Positions 49,591 to 58,989 are shown, numbered from the stretch's first letter. The stretch: 64,000 nucleotides of DNA from Infirmifilum sp. (GCA_041287245.1 JBEULP010000039.1:17608-81607); one strand, 5' to 3'. Numbers and translations are program-made. The notes: generated from the letters alone by a model not told the origin.

Positions 49591-49804
49591 AGGCATATCT
49601 TGCTCTTTTTCTTCTTCAACATCAGCTTAATAATCGTACTTCTAAAAATTCTCCTTAGACAGATGAAATAATTCATTTTTTCAATTTTTAGATGAAAATA
49701 CAGATGCTTCTTTTCATATATTTGAAATTTAGTATGGATTAGCTCATGAGAAAATCGTCTTATAAGTATTTATTTCATAATTTTCAAAATAAGAAAAATA
49801 TTAA

Positions 49805-49853
49805 CCGAAACGTTAACTTTCGGCTTTTAAAACAGATCTATTATTAACTTTCG
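49805..49853 (+). promoter_or_regulatory. nrdD promoter with palindromic operator-like site
   Basis: CCGAAA-CGTTAAC-TTTCGG inverted repeat (49805-49823), TTTTAAAA (49825-49832), second TTAACTTTCG copy (49844-49853). Confidence 0.5.
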
Positions 49854-49879
49854 AGGAGAATAAGAAGCGCAGACATGTC

Positions 49880-51793
49880 ATGTACCCTAAAGCTTCTCTA
49901 AAGGAGGAGAATGAAGTCTTAAAACTTGAAAGAAAATACATGGCTGACGCTGACTGGGAAAAACACGAGAATGCAAATCATAATGTAAGTTATAGCAACT
50001 TTAGAAACTATCTTTTCGAGAAGCTCATCGAGACACCTGAAGTTCTAAAAGCTTATCTCCCCCCGGTTTCCGTAGAGCAACATCTTAGAGGAGACCTGCA
50101 TATACACAAGCTTCCTGACAGTCTCTGGATACCCTACTGTGCCGGCTGGAGCTTTAAAAGAATACTTCAGCTGGGGTTAAAGACACCTACAATTTTTTCA
50201 AAACCAGCCAATCACTTCGACACAGCTGTAGCACACCTTATAAACTTCTTCTTTATGGGAGCCCAGGAGTGGACTGGTGCGCAGGCTGTCAGCGCTTTCG
50301 ACCTTTACGCGGCCCCCTTCGTCAAGCAAGATGGACTTGACTTTACACGTGTAAAACAAACCCTTCAAGGAATGCTATTCGAGCTTAACTATCCGGCGAG
50401 GGCGGGTTATCAGTCCCCGTTTACCAACATAACCCTCGTTATCGATACAAGTAAGGATATGCTTGAGAGCGAGGCGATTGTCGGAGGCGTTAAAAGCGGA
50501 AACCTAGGTGACTACATAGACGAGGCTATTAAGATTGACAAAGCGCTCTTCCAGCTATATGCCGAGGGGGATGCTTTAGGACAACCCTTTACCTTCCCAA
50601 TACCAACATTAATGCTGACAAAGAACTTTGACTGGAACAATAGGCGTTGGGACGGGCTTACAGACATCATATTCGAGACACTTGCCAGGAAGGGCTCGGC
50701 GTACCTCCTAAACGGCTATGCAAGCAACGTCGAAGCGCTCTATGCAATGTGCTGCCGGCTCACCATCGACGTCAACCATGTGGTATCGAAAGGCAACGGA
50801 GCTTTTACCTTAAGACTTGACAAAGCTTCTCAGGAGGACGCCCTTGAAGCCTTCCTGAAATCAAGAGAGAACGCCAGGACATATGGAATATGGGCTCTCC
50901 CCGATGCTACTGGAAGTGTGGGAGTTGTCACTCTAAACATGCCTAGACTAGCACATCTAAGCAAGGGTGAGTGGGGAACGTTTGAGGAATTACTCTCGCA
51001 TCTCATGGAGAATGCCCGTAAAGTCTTACTCACGTGGCGCAGAAGATATGAGGAAACATTGAAGGCTGGGTTAATGCCCCTAACCAAGACGTATCTAGGG
51101 CATTTTAGAAACCACTTTAACACAATAGGAGTTATCGGCTTGCCTGAAGCAGCTGCAAACTTTATGCGGAATCCTAAGCTCTGGTCCGAGGGTAGCCAGA
51201 GAGAGATGGAGGAGGCAATCTCTATAGAGAAAAGAATGGTTTCTGAGATTAGAAGGCTTGCTGAGGAGTTCGAGGAGAAGGACGGATATCTCTACAACGT
51301 GGAAGAAGTTCCCGGCGAGAGCACAGGCTATAAGTTAGCAAAAGCTGATATTGAGCTTTTCAAGGAGGATTATGAAAAGGGAGAACTTCTCATACCCTCA
51401 GATGGGCTAAACCCGTTCTACAGCAACAGCATTGTGCCCTACTACGCGGATGTTCCAATTTACCAGCGAGCCGTTTGGGAGGGCGAGGTTCAAAAGGAGT
51501 TTACAGGTGGAGTTATGATGCATCTTTTCCTCCATGAACAGCCTGACCCCTCATCTTTAAAGAACCTTATATACCGCATTTTGACTAACACGAAGGTAGT
51601 CTACTTCAGTATAACTCCTACTATCACAGTTTGCAGGAAATGCGGCAAGAGCGTCACGGGCTACATTGACACGTGCCCTAGCTGCGGAAGCACCGAGGTC
51701 GACCACTGGAGCAGAATTGTAGGCTACTACAGACCTGTTAGAAACTGGAATCCAGGTAAAAAGGCAGAGTTCAAACTAAGGGTTACGTATTAA
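49880..51793 (+). CDS. nrdD: Anaerobic (class III) ribonucleoside-triphosphate reductase, no ATP cone
   Basis: ENAN, H..GDLHIH, PYCAG, QSPFTN, FTFPIPT, AMCCRL, CRKCG..CPSCG, SRIVGYYRPVRNWNPGKKAEF glycyl-radical motif. Confidence 0.96.
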   Translation: MYPKASLKEENEVLKLERKYMADADWEKHENANHNVSYSNFRNYLFEKLIETPEVLKAYLPPVSVEQHLRGDLHIHKLPDSLWIPYCAGWSFKRILQLGLKTPTIFSKPANHFDTAVAHLINFFFMGAQEWTGAQAVSAFDLYAAPFVKQDGLDFTRVKQTLQGMLFELNYPARAGYQSPFTNITLVIDTSKDMLESEAIVGGVKSGNLGDYIDEAIKIDKALFQLYAEGDALGQPFTFPIPTLMLTKNFDWNNRRWDGLTDIIFETLARKGSAYLLNGYASNVEALYAMCCRLTIDVNHVVSKGNGAFTLRLDKASQEDALEAFLKSRENARTYGIWALPDATGSVGVVTLNMPRLAHLSKGEWGTFEELLSHLMENARKVLLTWRRRYEETLKAGLMPLTKTYLGHFRNHFNTIGVIGLPEAAANFMRNPKLWSEGSQREMEEAISIEKRMVSEIRRLAEEFEEKDGYLYNVEEVPGESTGYKLAKADIELFKEDYEKGELLIPSDGLNPFYSNSIVPYYADVPIYQRAVWEGEVQKEFTGGVMMHLFLHEQPDPSSLKNLIYRILTNTKVVYFSITPTITVCRKCGKSVTGYIDTCPSCGSTEVDHWSRIVGYYRPVRNWNPGKKAEFKLRVTY

Positions 51794-51799
51794 GCGGGC

Positions 51800-52648
51800 T
51801 CAAGCCAGACTAATGATTTTTCTTTCATTGTTTCTTAAAAGCAACCCTCGAGGCTCTGTTATTGGATAGAAACGGCAGCTAAAAATGCTTATCAACTTCC
51901 CCGAGAAGAATTCCCTGAATCCCTCTGGGAAAGGTTCATGTGCTCTTACAAGCACCTCCAACCCATTATTCTCGAGGAATTCCTCAACGGGTTTCCTACC
52001 ATAGAGGTATATCCCCCACCCTCGGGGGCTAGGTGCAAACTCCTCAATCTCCTCGCCCGGATCATTCCATAACATTTGGAAGGCAATCTCCGAGTTCAGG
52101 CTGCCGGGACCCTTTGGGATTCTCTCTATTTCTTCCAGACGCTTTAACCCTATGGCTATCCCCCCGTGAACCGCGAAGAACTTCTGGTTGACTACTGCTG
52201 AGAGGCTTAGACTTGAGAACACTTCCTCAAACCTCTGATAAACCTCATAGTCGTAGTGTTCCAAAACCCTCCCTTGAAAACCATATATCTCGTTCATCTC
52301 AGTGGTTTCATGGTTTCCTCTAAGCAGAAAAATCTTTTCGGGATATGCGAGTTTCGCTAGAAATAACAGTTCTATGTTTTCCAGCTGGTATTTTCCCCTA
52401 TCCACGTAGTCTCCGAGAAAAATCTTTACATCGGCTTCGGAACCAAGGGCTTTTCTAGTTGTATCGATGTCGCCGTGGGTATCGCCTACGAACAACACAC
52501 TCGCAGCTTCAACTCTAAGAAGTTGACCTTCAGATTTTAATAATTTGTCAACCGTGTCAAGAAGTTCTAGAAGAGTATCTTTTTCCAAGAGCTTTGGGCT
52601 TTCATAAAACTCCTTATACAGCGCGCGAATGTTTGATAGGCTGCGCAT
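51800..52648 (-). CDS. PPP-family Ser/Thr protein phosphatase
   Basis: GDTHG, GDYVDRG, LRGNHE, VHGG, LWNDP, SPRG, RAHE. Confidence 0.93.
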   Translation of the reverse strand: MRSLSNIRALYKEFYESPKLLEKDTLLELLDTVDKLLKSEGQLLRVEAASVLFVGDTHGDIDTTRKALGSEADVKIFLGDYVDRGKYQLENIELLFLAKLAYPEKIFLLRGNHETTEMNEIYGFQGRVLEHYDYEVYQRFEEVFSSLSLSAVVNQKFFAVHGGIAIGLKRLEEIERIPKGPGSLNSEIAFQMLWNDPGEEIEEFAPSPRGWGIYLYGRKPVEEFLENNGLEVLVRAHEPFPEGFREFFSGKLISIFSCRFYPITEPRGLLLRNNERKIISLA

Positions 52649-52669
52649 CTTGAACCCATCCCAAGAGGA

Positions 52670-52915
52670 TTATAGCGGCTCTCCTCGGCAGTAGACAACT
52701 CCGCGGACCCGTCTAACAAAGTTTTTGCATCCAAAGCACTGTAAGAAACTTACCTGTTTACCGAGGACTGGGCAGTCAACGGCTTCGCGCTTCATCTGAT
52801 TCAGCATCTTCCTAGATACAGCCTTGCTCAACTGCTCTACAAGAGTTTTATCTACGGGCAAGGGTTCTTCAAGCCTTAATAAGGGCACTTCAAACTTGTA
52901 GTCTCTTGATGACAT
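52670..52915 (-). CDS. Small Cys-containing hypothetical protein (possible metal finger)
   Basis: CPVLG..CFGC..YC; GGAGG upstream; co-oriented with the phosphatase. Confidence 0.7.
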   Translation of the reverse strand: MSSRDYKFEVPLLRLEEPLPVDKTLVEQLSKAVSRKMLNQMKREAVDCPVLGKQVSFLQCFGCKNFVRRVRGVVYCRGEPL

Positions 52916-53008
52916 AACAACCTAACCTCCTAAGTGCTTTTATTTTTAGCGAATAGCGCTGCATACATTTCATCCTTGAGAACTATCACAATTTTTAAAT
53001 GAAGCTCC

Positions 53009-53449
53009 ATGGTAAAAGTTGCTATGAGCGACCTAACCTGGTTCATATATGCTCTTCTAGACGCCCTCTTCGCCGCCCTTGCCACAATCTTCGCTAAAAT
53101 GGGGCTTTCAAAGGTAGACCCTGTAGTAGCAACGGGCTTGCGCTCAATTGTGATGATGCTCTTCACCGTGTCCTTAATGTTGCTGATCAGGGATAAAGCG
53201 CTCATTTCCAGCTTGACCTCCAGGGAGATACTGTTTATTATTTTGAGCGGCGTGGCGGGGGCCCTCTCATGGCTTCTCTACTTCGTAGCTCTCCAGTATG
53301 GCAAGGCTGTGAACGTCGCGGTGGTGGACAGGTCAAGCATACTATTCATTATCATACTTGCGGCGCTAATCCTAGGTGAGGAAATCACGCTAAAGAAAGG
53401 CATCGCAGCTATACTTGTTCTAATCGCTTTGATCCTCATCTCAACCTGA
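53009..53449 (+). CDS. EamA/DMT family transporter (single repeat)
   Basis: ALFAALATIFAK.GL, SG..GALSWLLYF.AL, A.LILGE. Confidence 0.9.
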   Translation: MVKVAMSDLTWFIYALLDALFAALATIFAKMGLSKVDPVVATGLRSIVMMLFTVSLMLLIRDKALISSLTSREILFIILSGVAGALSWLLYFVALQYGKAVNVAVVDRSSILFIIILAALILGEEITLKKGIAAILVLIALILIST

Positions 53450-53599
53450 TTTTCCAGTCCTTACTACAATTTTTTTCAGTTCTCTCCTCAGGCGCCAGTG
53501 GTGGTACTCTATTGCGATTATTATTAAGAGCACTGCTAACGCGATGGTCCCGAGGACGAGCACTATGAAGTCCCAAACACCTAAAATTATTTCGCCCAC
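53441..53599 (-). CDS. Small single-pass membrane protein (52 aa)
   Basis: Not in ORF track: MGEIILGVWDFIVLVLGTIALAVLLIIIAIEYHHWRLRRELKKIVVRTGKSG (GTG start); TM helix followed by basic tail; fills the intergenic gap. Confidence 0.6.
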   Translation of the reverse strand: MGEIILGVWDFIVLVLGTIALAVLLIIIAIEYHHWRLRRELKKIVVRTGKSG

Positions 53600-53630
53600 A
53601 TGTATTAACCCGTATTAGGGGTATAATTTC

Positions 53631-55121
53631 ATGTCTTTCAAGAATCTCGTCCTGGTTCGCCTAGGCGAACTTACGATTAAGGGTGTGGAAACAAGGAAAA
53701 AATTTGAAAGAATACTTTTGCGAAACATAGAGGACGCTTTAAGGGCAGCCGGGATAGAAGCAGAGGTAAAGAAAGGATACGGCCGCATCTACGTCTATGG
53801 TTCCAGCGAAAGCATAAGCATTCTAAGACGTGTATTCGGTATTAAGTCTCTCTCGCCGGCTGTCGAATACGAATTCAAAAGCCTTGAAGATCTTCTTGAA
53901 AAAGCCGAGGAATACTTCCGCGATAAGGTTCGCGGGAAGAAATTTGCCGTGAGGGCGAGAAGATCTGGGGTTCATACTTTCACATCTATGGATATTAACA
54001 GGCTGTTGGGGGAAAGGCTCCTTAAATACGCCTTGAAGGTTGACCTAGAAAACCCTGAGGTTAACGCGTTTGTTGAGGTTAGGGAAAACAAGGCTTATCT
54101 TTTCACAGAGGTTATAAAGGCATACGGCGGGTTACCGATTGGGAGCGAAGGTAGAGTAATATCCCTCGTCTCAGGGGGTTTTGACTCTCTAGTAGCCTCC
54201 TGGCTTATCTTGAGGAGGGGGGCTGAGGTAAACTTCCTTTATTTAAACCTCGGCGGGCCTGTCTCTAGATGCTACGTGATACGCGCGGTTAAGGCTTTAG
54301 CTGAAAACTGGTGTTACGGGTATAGGCCCACCCTATACATAGTAGATTTTTCTGCTATGATGCGAGAGCTAACCTCAAAAGTTAAGCCAAGCCTTCTCGG
54401 GGTTGTCCTAAAGAGGTACATGTATAAAACAGCTGAAGAGCTGGCAAGGAAGGTGAAAGCTGAAGGCATTGTAACAGGAGAAAACCTTGGGCAGGTGTCC
54501 TCTCAGACCCTCACAAACCTTAACGTTATAAACACTTCAACCGCGATGGTAGTGCTAAGACCCGTGATCGCCCTCGACAAGGACGAGATAGTGAGTCTGG
54601 CGCGCGAAATAGGAACCTATGAGGCTTCGAGCAAGGTTAAAGAAATCTGCGGAATATACTCTTTTCACCCGGAAACCCACAGTAGGCTCGAAGAGGTGTT
54701 GAAAGAGGAGGAAAAAGTCGACAAAACCGTCTTCTTAAAATCTCTAGAGAAAGTCGAGGCTTTAGACATTCGCGACGTGAGTCTCTCCGAGATCGGATGC
54801 GCAGAACCTTTGGAGGAGCTTGAGATAGATGAGATACCCAGCGAGGCAGTGGTGTTGGACGTTAGGCCTCAGGAAAAGTTTCTAAAAGACCATATACCGG
54901 GGAGTTTAAATGTGGACATCTGGACCCTTGAAGACCTAGTCTTGAGGATGGGGAAAGATAAAAAATATGTTGTCGTATGCGACGAGGGAGGCTTAAGCCG
55001 GGAAGCCGCATACATTTTAAGACAGTTCGGAGTGAACGCCTACAGTCTCAGAGGGGGAATAAGAAGGTTGAAAAGGACGGAAAAACACCAGACTACTCGT
55101 AAAGAGCAAGCCTCTTCTTAA
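53631..55121 (+). CDS. thiI: tRNA 4-thiouridine synthase ThiI with C-terminal rhodanese domain
   Basis: GELTIKG, THUMP domain, SGGFDS PP-loop, GENLGQVSSQT, EICG, LDVR..HIPGS..VVCDEG. Confidence 0.95.
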   Translation: MSFKNLVLVRLGELTIKGVETRKKFERILLRNIEDALRAAGIEAEVKKGYGRIYVYGSSESISILRRVFGIKSLSPAVEYEFKSLEDLLEKAEEYFRDKVRGKKFAVRARRSGVHTFTSMDINRLLGERLLKYALKVDLENPEVNAFVEVRENKAYLFTEVIKAYGGLPIGSEGRVISLVSGGFDSLVASWLILRRGAEVNFLYLNLGGPVSRCYVIRAVKALAENWCYGYRPTLYIVDFSAMMRELTSKVKPSLLGVVLKRYMYKTAEELARKVKAEGIVTGENLGQVSSQTLTNLNVINTSTAMVVLRPVIALDKDEIVSLAREIGTYEASSKVKEICGIYSFHPETHSRLEEVLKEEEKVDKTVFLKSLEKVEALDIRDVSLSEIGCAEPLEELEIDEIPSEAVVLDVRPQEKFLKDHIPGSLNVDIWTLEDLVLRMGKDKKYVVVCDEGGLSREAAYILRQFGVNAYSLRGGIRRLKRTEKHQTTRKEQASS

Positions 55122-56334
55122 AGTACTCGTCCGCCTTCTTCTTAATCTCATCTGGGATTTCCCGCTCAAAAGGTATTTCCTCAGAGTTTGCAACGTCAAT
55201 AACAAACTTGTAGACGAGTCGACCAATCAAGTCAAAGGCTATAGGATGCAAGTGCTCCAAACTGTCTTTCTCCGTGTGAATATCCGCTCCGCTGCCGCTA
55301 GACCTGTAGAAGTTGACTGCCGGCACGCCCTTCCAGACAAAAGAAGTGCCGTCGCTGCTCATAACGTCTTCCGAGACGCTGAGCTTTACTCCCATCTCTT
55401 TAGCTTTAGACTCAACATAACTTCTAAGAGACTTAGAGCCGCTTACAATCGAGGCTGAGGATCCGAGCACGCCCCCATGCACGTCTAGGTTTACTACGAT
55501 AACAACGTCTTTAAGCTCGTCCTTGTGTTTATCTGTAAAAGCGAGAGACCCCCTAAGCCCAAGCTCCTCTCCTGAGAAGAGGGCGAACCGAATGGTCCTC
55601 TTAACATCCACCTTGCTCAGCGCAGCTGCCAGGGCTATTACGAGTGCAGCCCCACCAGCGTTGTCCGTCGCACCTGGAACCCCGTTCACGCTGTCATAGT
55701 GCGCGGTGATTAGAATGGTCTCACCTGGGTATTTCGACCCTTTTTTCTCTGCGATTATGTTGTAGCTGTTTACGTCCGTATAATCTTGCTCTAATATAAG
55801 GCGCACTTTCTCAGCTTTCAGTAGACGCACAGCGTTCCAATAACTGACATATACGGCTGGTAAACTACCATATCTCTGCCTCCACTCCCAAGGAACCGCA
55901 ACGCGGCTTAGGCTTCTATAGGGAGTCCCCTCAGCTATCACTAGACCAGAAGCACGCTGAGCAAGAAACTTCCAATCCTCAGCAGAGGGTCGCGCAACAG
56001 TAAGCCCAATCCACCCTCCTCGCTCCGGTATGAGAGCCCTGTCAGAGTTCTCGATGTATACGAGTTCTCCCTCGCTCCCACTTGTCTCGCCGCTAAAACC
56101 GAGGGGACTGGCTGGGATCTCCTCAATATAGGGGCTTGTGACCTGTAGACCTACGCTTCGAACATTATATGTTTTTACCGTGAATTCCTCGGTCCTAGGT
56201 GAGTAGCCGTTTTTCTGTAGCTCGGAAAGTAGAAATTGCCTCGCTTCTTCTTCTCCAGAACTACCAGTGAAGCGAGGTTTGCTGGCGAGCACAACTGCTG
56301 TTTTATAAGCATATTCGTATTCTATCATTGACAT
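55093..56334 (-). CDS. M28 family aminopeptidase with PA-like insert
   Basis: AHYDS, GATDNAGG, GEELGLRGS, NLD, SD, HTEKD. Confidence 0.9.
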   Translation of the reverse strand: MSMIEYEYAYKTAVVLASKPRFTGSSGEEEARQFLLSELQKNGYSPRTEEFTVKTYNVRSVGLQVTSPYIEEIPASPLGFSGETSGSEGELVYIENSDRALIPERGGWIGLTVARPSAEDWKFLAQRASGLVIAEGTPYRSLSRVAVPWEWRQRYGSLPAVYVSYWNAVRLLKAEKVRLILEQDYTDVNSYNIIAEKKGSKYPGETILITAHYDSVNGVPGATDNAGGAALVIALAAALSKVDVKRTIRFALFSGEELGLRGSLAFTDKHKDELKDVVIVVNLDVHGGVLGSSASIVSGSKSLRSYVESKAKEMGVKLSVSEDVMSSDGTSFVWKGVPAVNFYRSSGSGADIHTEKDSLEHLHPIAFDLIGRLVYKFVIDVANSEEIPFEREIPDEIKKKADEYFKKRLALYE

Positions 56335-56364
56335 CTAGGTTTTTAATCTAGGGTAAAATGTTTT

Positions 56365-58647
56365 TTGCAGATGTCTGTTAAAGCTTACAGGCTCCGAGTT
56401 TCAGGGGTTGTTCAGGGAGTAGGCTTCCGCCCACACGTATACAGGATTGCTAGCAAGCTAGGGCTGAAAGGCTATGTTGTTAACCTTGGCGGCTCTGAAG
56501 TTGAAATATGGGTTGAGGGTCCTCAAAATACTGTTGAGTCTTTTCCAGAGGTTTTACGCCGGGAAACGCCTCCCTCTGCCGAGATCGAGGAGCTTCATGT
56601 CGAAGAAGTACAGCCCGCGGGCTTCACACGCTTCGAGATTAGGCGTAGCGACAAGCTATTAACCAAGATATCGATGATTCCACCTGACTTCGGCATCTGC
56701 GACGACTGTAAACGCGAGATCCTTGATCCGTCTTCAAGGTGGTATCGCTACCCATTTCACAGCTGTGCATGGTGCGGCCCACGCTTCACCATTATCCGGC
56801 GCATCCCCTATGACAGGGAAAACACAAGTATGGATCCTTTTCCACTGTGCCTGGAATGCCGTCAGGAATACTCTGACCCCGAAAACCTCAGGCGTTTCCA
56901 CATACAGGGCATCTCCTGTCCCAATTGCGGACCCCAAGTTTTCCTGGTTGATCGCAACGGTGCGCCTCTTAGGAGTCGAGACCCTATCCTCGATGCTGCA
57001 AAGCTGATAGATGAGGGGTTTATAGTAGCGGTAAAGGGCATAGGTGGTTTTCACCTCGCGGCAAAGGCTACCGATGACGCTGTTTTGAAGGAGCTTAGAA
57101 GGCGTAAAAAAAGAGGAAGAAAGCCCTTCGCCGTCATGGCTCTTGACATCACCGTGGCTAGGAGGATAGCCGTAATAGACGATGTAGCTGAAAGCCTCCT
57201 TAAAAGCCCGGCTAGGCCTATTGTTATTCTTCCGAGGACACGGGAGGTCTCGCCTGAAATTGCGCCGGGGTTGAAGACTGTTGGAGTAATGTTGGCTTAT
57301 ACTCCTCTTCATTACCTTTTGCTCCAGGCAACGAGGGATAAATTCGCGGTGATGACGAGCGGGAATGAGAGCGGGGAGCCGATGATAAAGGAGAATGAGG
57401 AGGCTGTTAGAAAATTGAACCACGTGGCCGATTTCTTCCTGCTTCATAACCGTGAAATAGTCAATAGGGTTGATGACAGTGTTTTACGTCTAAGCGATGG
57501 CGTACCAACCTTCTTACGCAGGTCACGTGGGTATGCGCCAAAGTGGATAAGAGCGCGTCGCTTCTTCAAGAGGCCCATCATAGCCCTAGGCTCAATACTC
57601 AACAATACAGGGGCGGTTGGAGTGGAAGAATATGTTATCCCCACGCAACACATCGGAGATCTTGAAAATATAGAAACATTGGAATTTCTAAAGGAGGCTC
57701 TCAACTTTCTCATCCAAACATACGAGATTTCGCCAGGCGAATCCTTAATTGTCGTCGACAAGCACCCCCTTCTACCCAGCCGGAGGCTCGCCGAACAGCT
57801 AGCCCCTGAAGGAGACGCTGAAATAGTAGAAGTTCAACACCATGTCGCTCATACTGCTGCCGTACTCCTCGAGAAAGGAACCCTTGAAGGCTACGGCATA
57901 GCTATAGATGGTGTAGGATACGGTGATGATGGGATGATATGGGGTGGGGAGGTTATTCACATCGGAGAAGATGGCAGTTACTCTCGTGTTGGAAAGCTGG
58001 ACTATCTACCCCTCCCCGGTGGCGACAGGGCCACAATATATCCTGCCCGTATACTAATAGGTCTACTAGCTGAGTATGTTGAATTTGAAGAGGCTCTGAA
58101 ATACGCTGTTGTGAATGGTATAGATAAGAGGCTACCCGGCGGCATTCAAGAACTCATGATCGCATATCAACAGTCGAAGACAAGTATAAAATGTTCTAGC
58201 GCAGGGCGTTTTCTAGACGCAGTAGCAGCTCTATTGGGTGTCTCGTGGGAGAGAACCTATGAGGGTGAGCCCGCGATAACACTAGAAGAGTATAGCTGGG
58301 GTGGGAACAAGGTTAACGTGAAACTTGAGCATGAGCGTGGGATTGTACACACGAAAGATTTCTTCCAAGAGTATATCTTCAATGGACGCTTCAACGGAAT
58401 TAACCCTCGCGACTTAGCATATACTATACAATTCGAGCTGGGAAGAGCGCTGGCTGAAATCGCACGTGAGGAAGGCGCAAGGGAGGTCTACGTGTCAGGG
58501 GGAGCCGCGGTAAACACGATAATACTAAAAGGAATAAAACAGGTTTTCAGCCCGGACAGGGTTTTTATACCTAGTAAACTACCACCAGGGGACGGCGGGA
58601 TATCTGCGGGGCAGGTCTACTATATGCAGCTGCGAGGGCTAGCTTAA
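56365..58647 (+). CDS. hypF: [NiFe]-hydrogenase maturation carbamoyltransferase HypF
   Basis: Acylphosphatase GVVQGVGFRP, Zn fingers C..CGPRF, KGIGGFHL, QHH.AH, DG.GYG.DG..WGGE, GDGGIS.GQ. Confidence 0.97.
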   Translation: MQMSVKAYRLRVSGVVQGVGFRPHVYRIASKLGLKGYVVNLGGSEVEIWVEGPQNTVESFPEVLRRETPPSAEIEELHVEEVQPAGFTRFEIRRSDKLLTKISMIPPDFGICDDCKREILDPSSRWYRYPFHSCAWCGPRFTIIRRIPYDRENTSMDPFPLCLECRQEYSDPENLRRFHIQGISCPNCGPQVFLVDRNGAPLRSRDPILDAAKLIDEGFIVAVKGIGGFHLAAKATDDAVLKELRRRKKRGRKPFAVMALDITVARRIAVIDDVAESLLKSPARPIVILPRTREVSPEIAPGLKTVGVMLAYTPLHYLLLQATRDKFAVMTSGNESGEPMIKENEEAVRKLNHVADFFLLHNREIVNRVDDSVLRLSDGVPTFLRRSRGYAPKWIRARRFFKRPIIALGSILNNTGAVGVEEYVIPTQHIGDLENIETLEFLKEALNFLIQTYEISPGESLIVVDKHPLLPSRRLAEQLAPEGDAEIVEVQHHVAHTAAVLLEKGTLEGYGIAIDGVGYGDDGMIWGGEVIHIGEDGSYSRVGKLDYLPLPGGDRATIYPARILIGLLAEYVEFEEALKYAVVNGIDKRLPGGIQELMIAYQQSKTSIKCSSAGRFLDAVAALLGVSWERTYEGEPAITLEEYSWGGNKVNVKLEHERGIVHTKDFFQEYIFNGRFNGINPRDLAYTIQFELGRALAEIAREEGAREVYVSGGAAVNTIILKGIKQVFSPDRVFIPSKLPPGDGGISAGQVYYMQLRGLA

Positions 58648-58684
58648 CCCGTAAAGATTAATAGAGCCCTGGAGATTGTATCTT

Positions 58685-58747
58685 CGGCTATGATGACTTG
58701 AACCCGATTTGAGTCATTTTGTGACTGGGGCCGTCGCTACTGAGCTG
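58685..58747 (+). ncRNA. Probable C/D box sRNA
   Basis: C box ATGATGA 58690-58696, D' TTGA 58709-58712, C' TTGTGA 58719-58724, D CTGA 58740-58743, terminal stem CGGC/GCTG, TATA-like ATTAATA about 25 bp upstream. Confidence 0.75.
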
Positions 58748-58752
58748 TTTTG

Positions 58753-58989
58753 TTATTTCTCTGCAGTCTCATAACAAATATCCAGGCATTTCGTTTCAAT
58801 GCTCTCACATATTCTTCCGCACGACTCGCCGAATTTCTCGCAATTATCTTCACAGATTTCAGTGCACGCCGCCACCTCTAAGGCCCCGCACTCCTCAAGG
58901 CAATCCCTGACGGCGTTCTCACATTGGCGTTGGCAATCTTCAACCAGCTCCTCGCACAACGAGGTGCATTGTTCGTCCCGGCTACTCAT
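58753..58989 (-). CDS. Small acidic Cys-rich protein (13 Cys, Cx3C repeats)
   Basis: Strong AGGAGGAGGT Shine-Dalgarno upstream; periodic Cys pattern. Confidence 0.75.
   Translation of the reverse strand: MSSRDEQCTSLCEELVEDCQRQCENAVRDCLEECGALEVAACTEICEDNCEKFGESCGRICESIETKCLDICYETAEK

Noticed and set aside
56734..57447. 237-aa minus-strand ORF
   Set aside because: Entirely antisense to hypF, with no recognisable motifs
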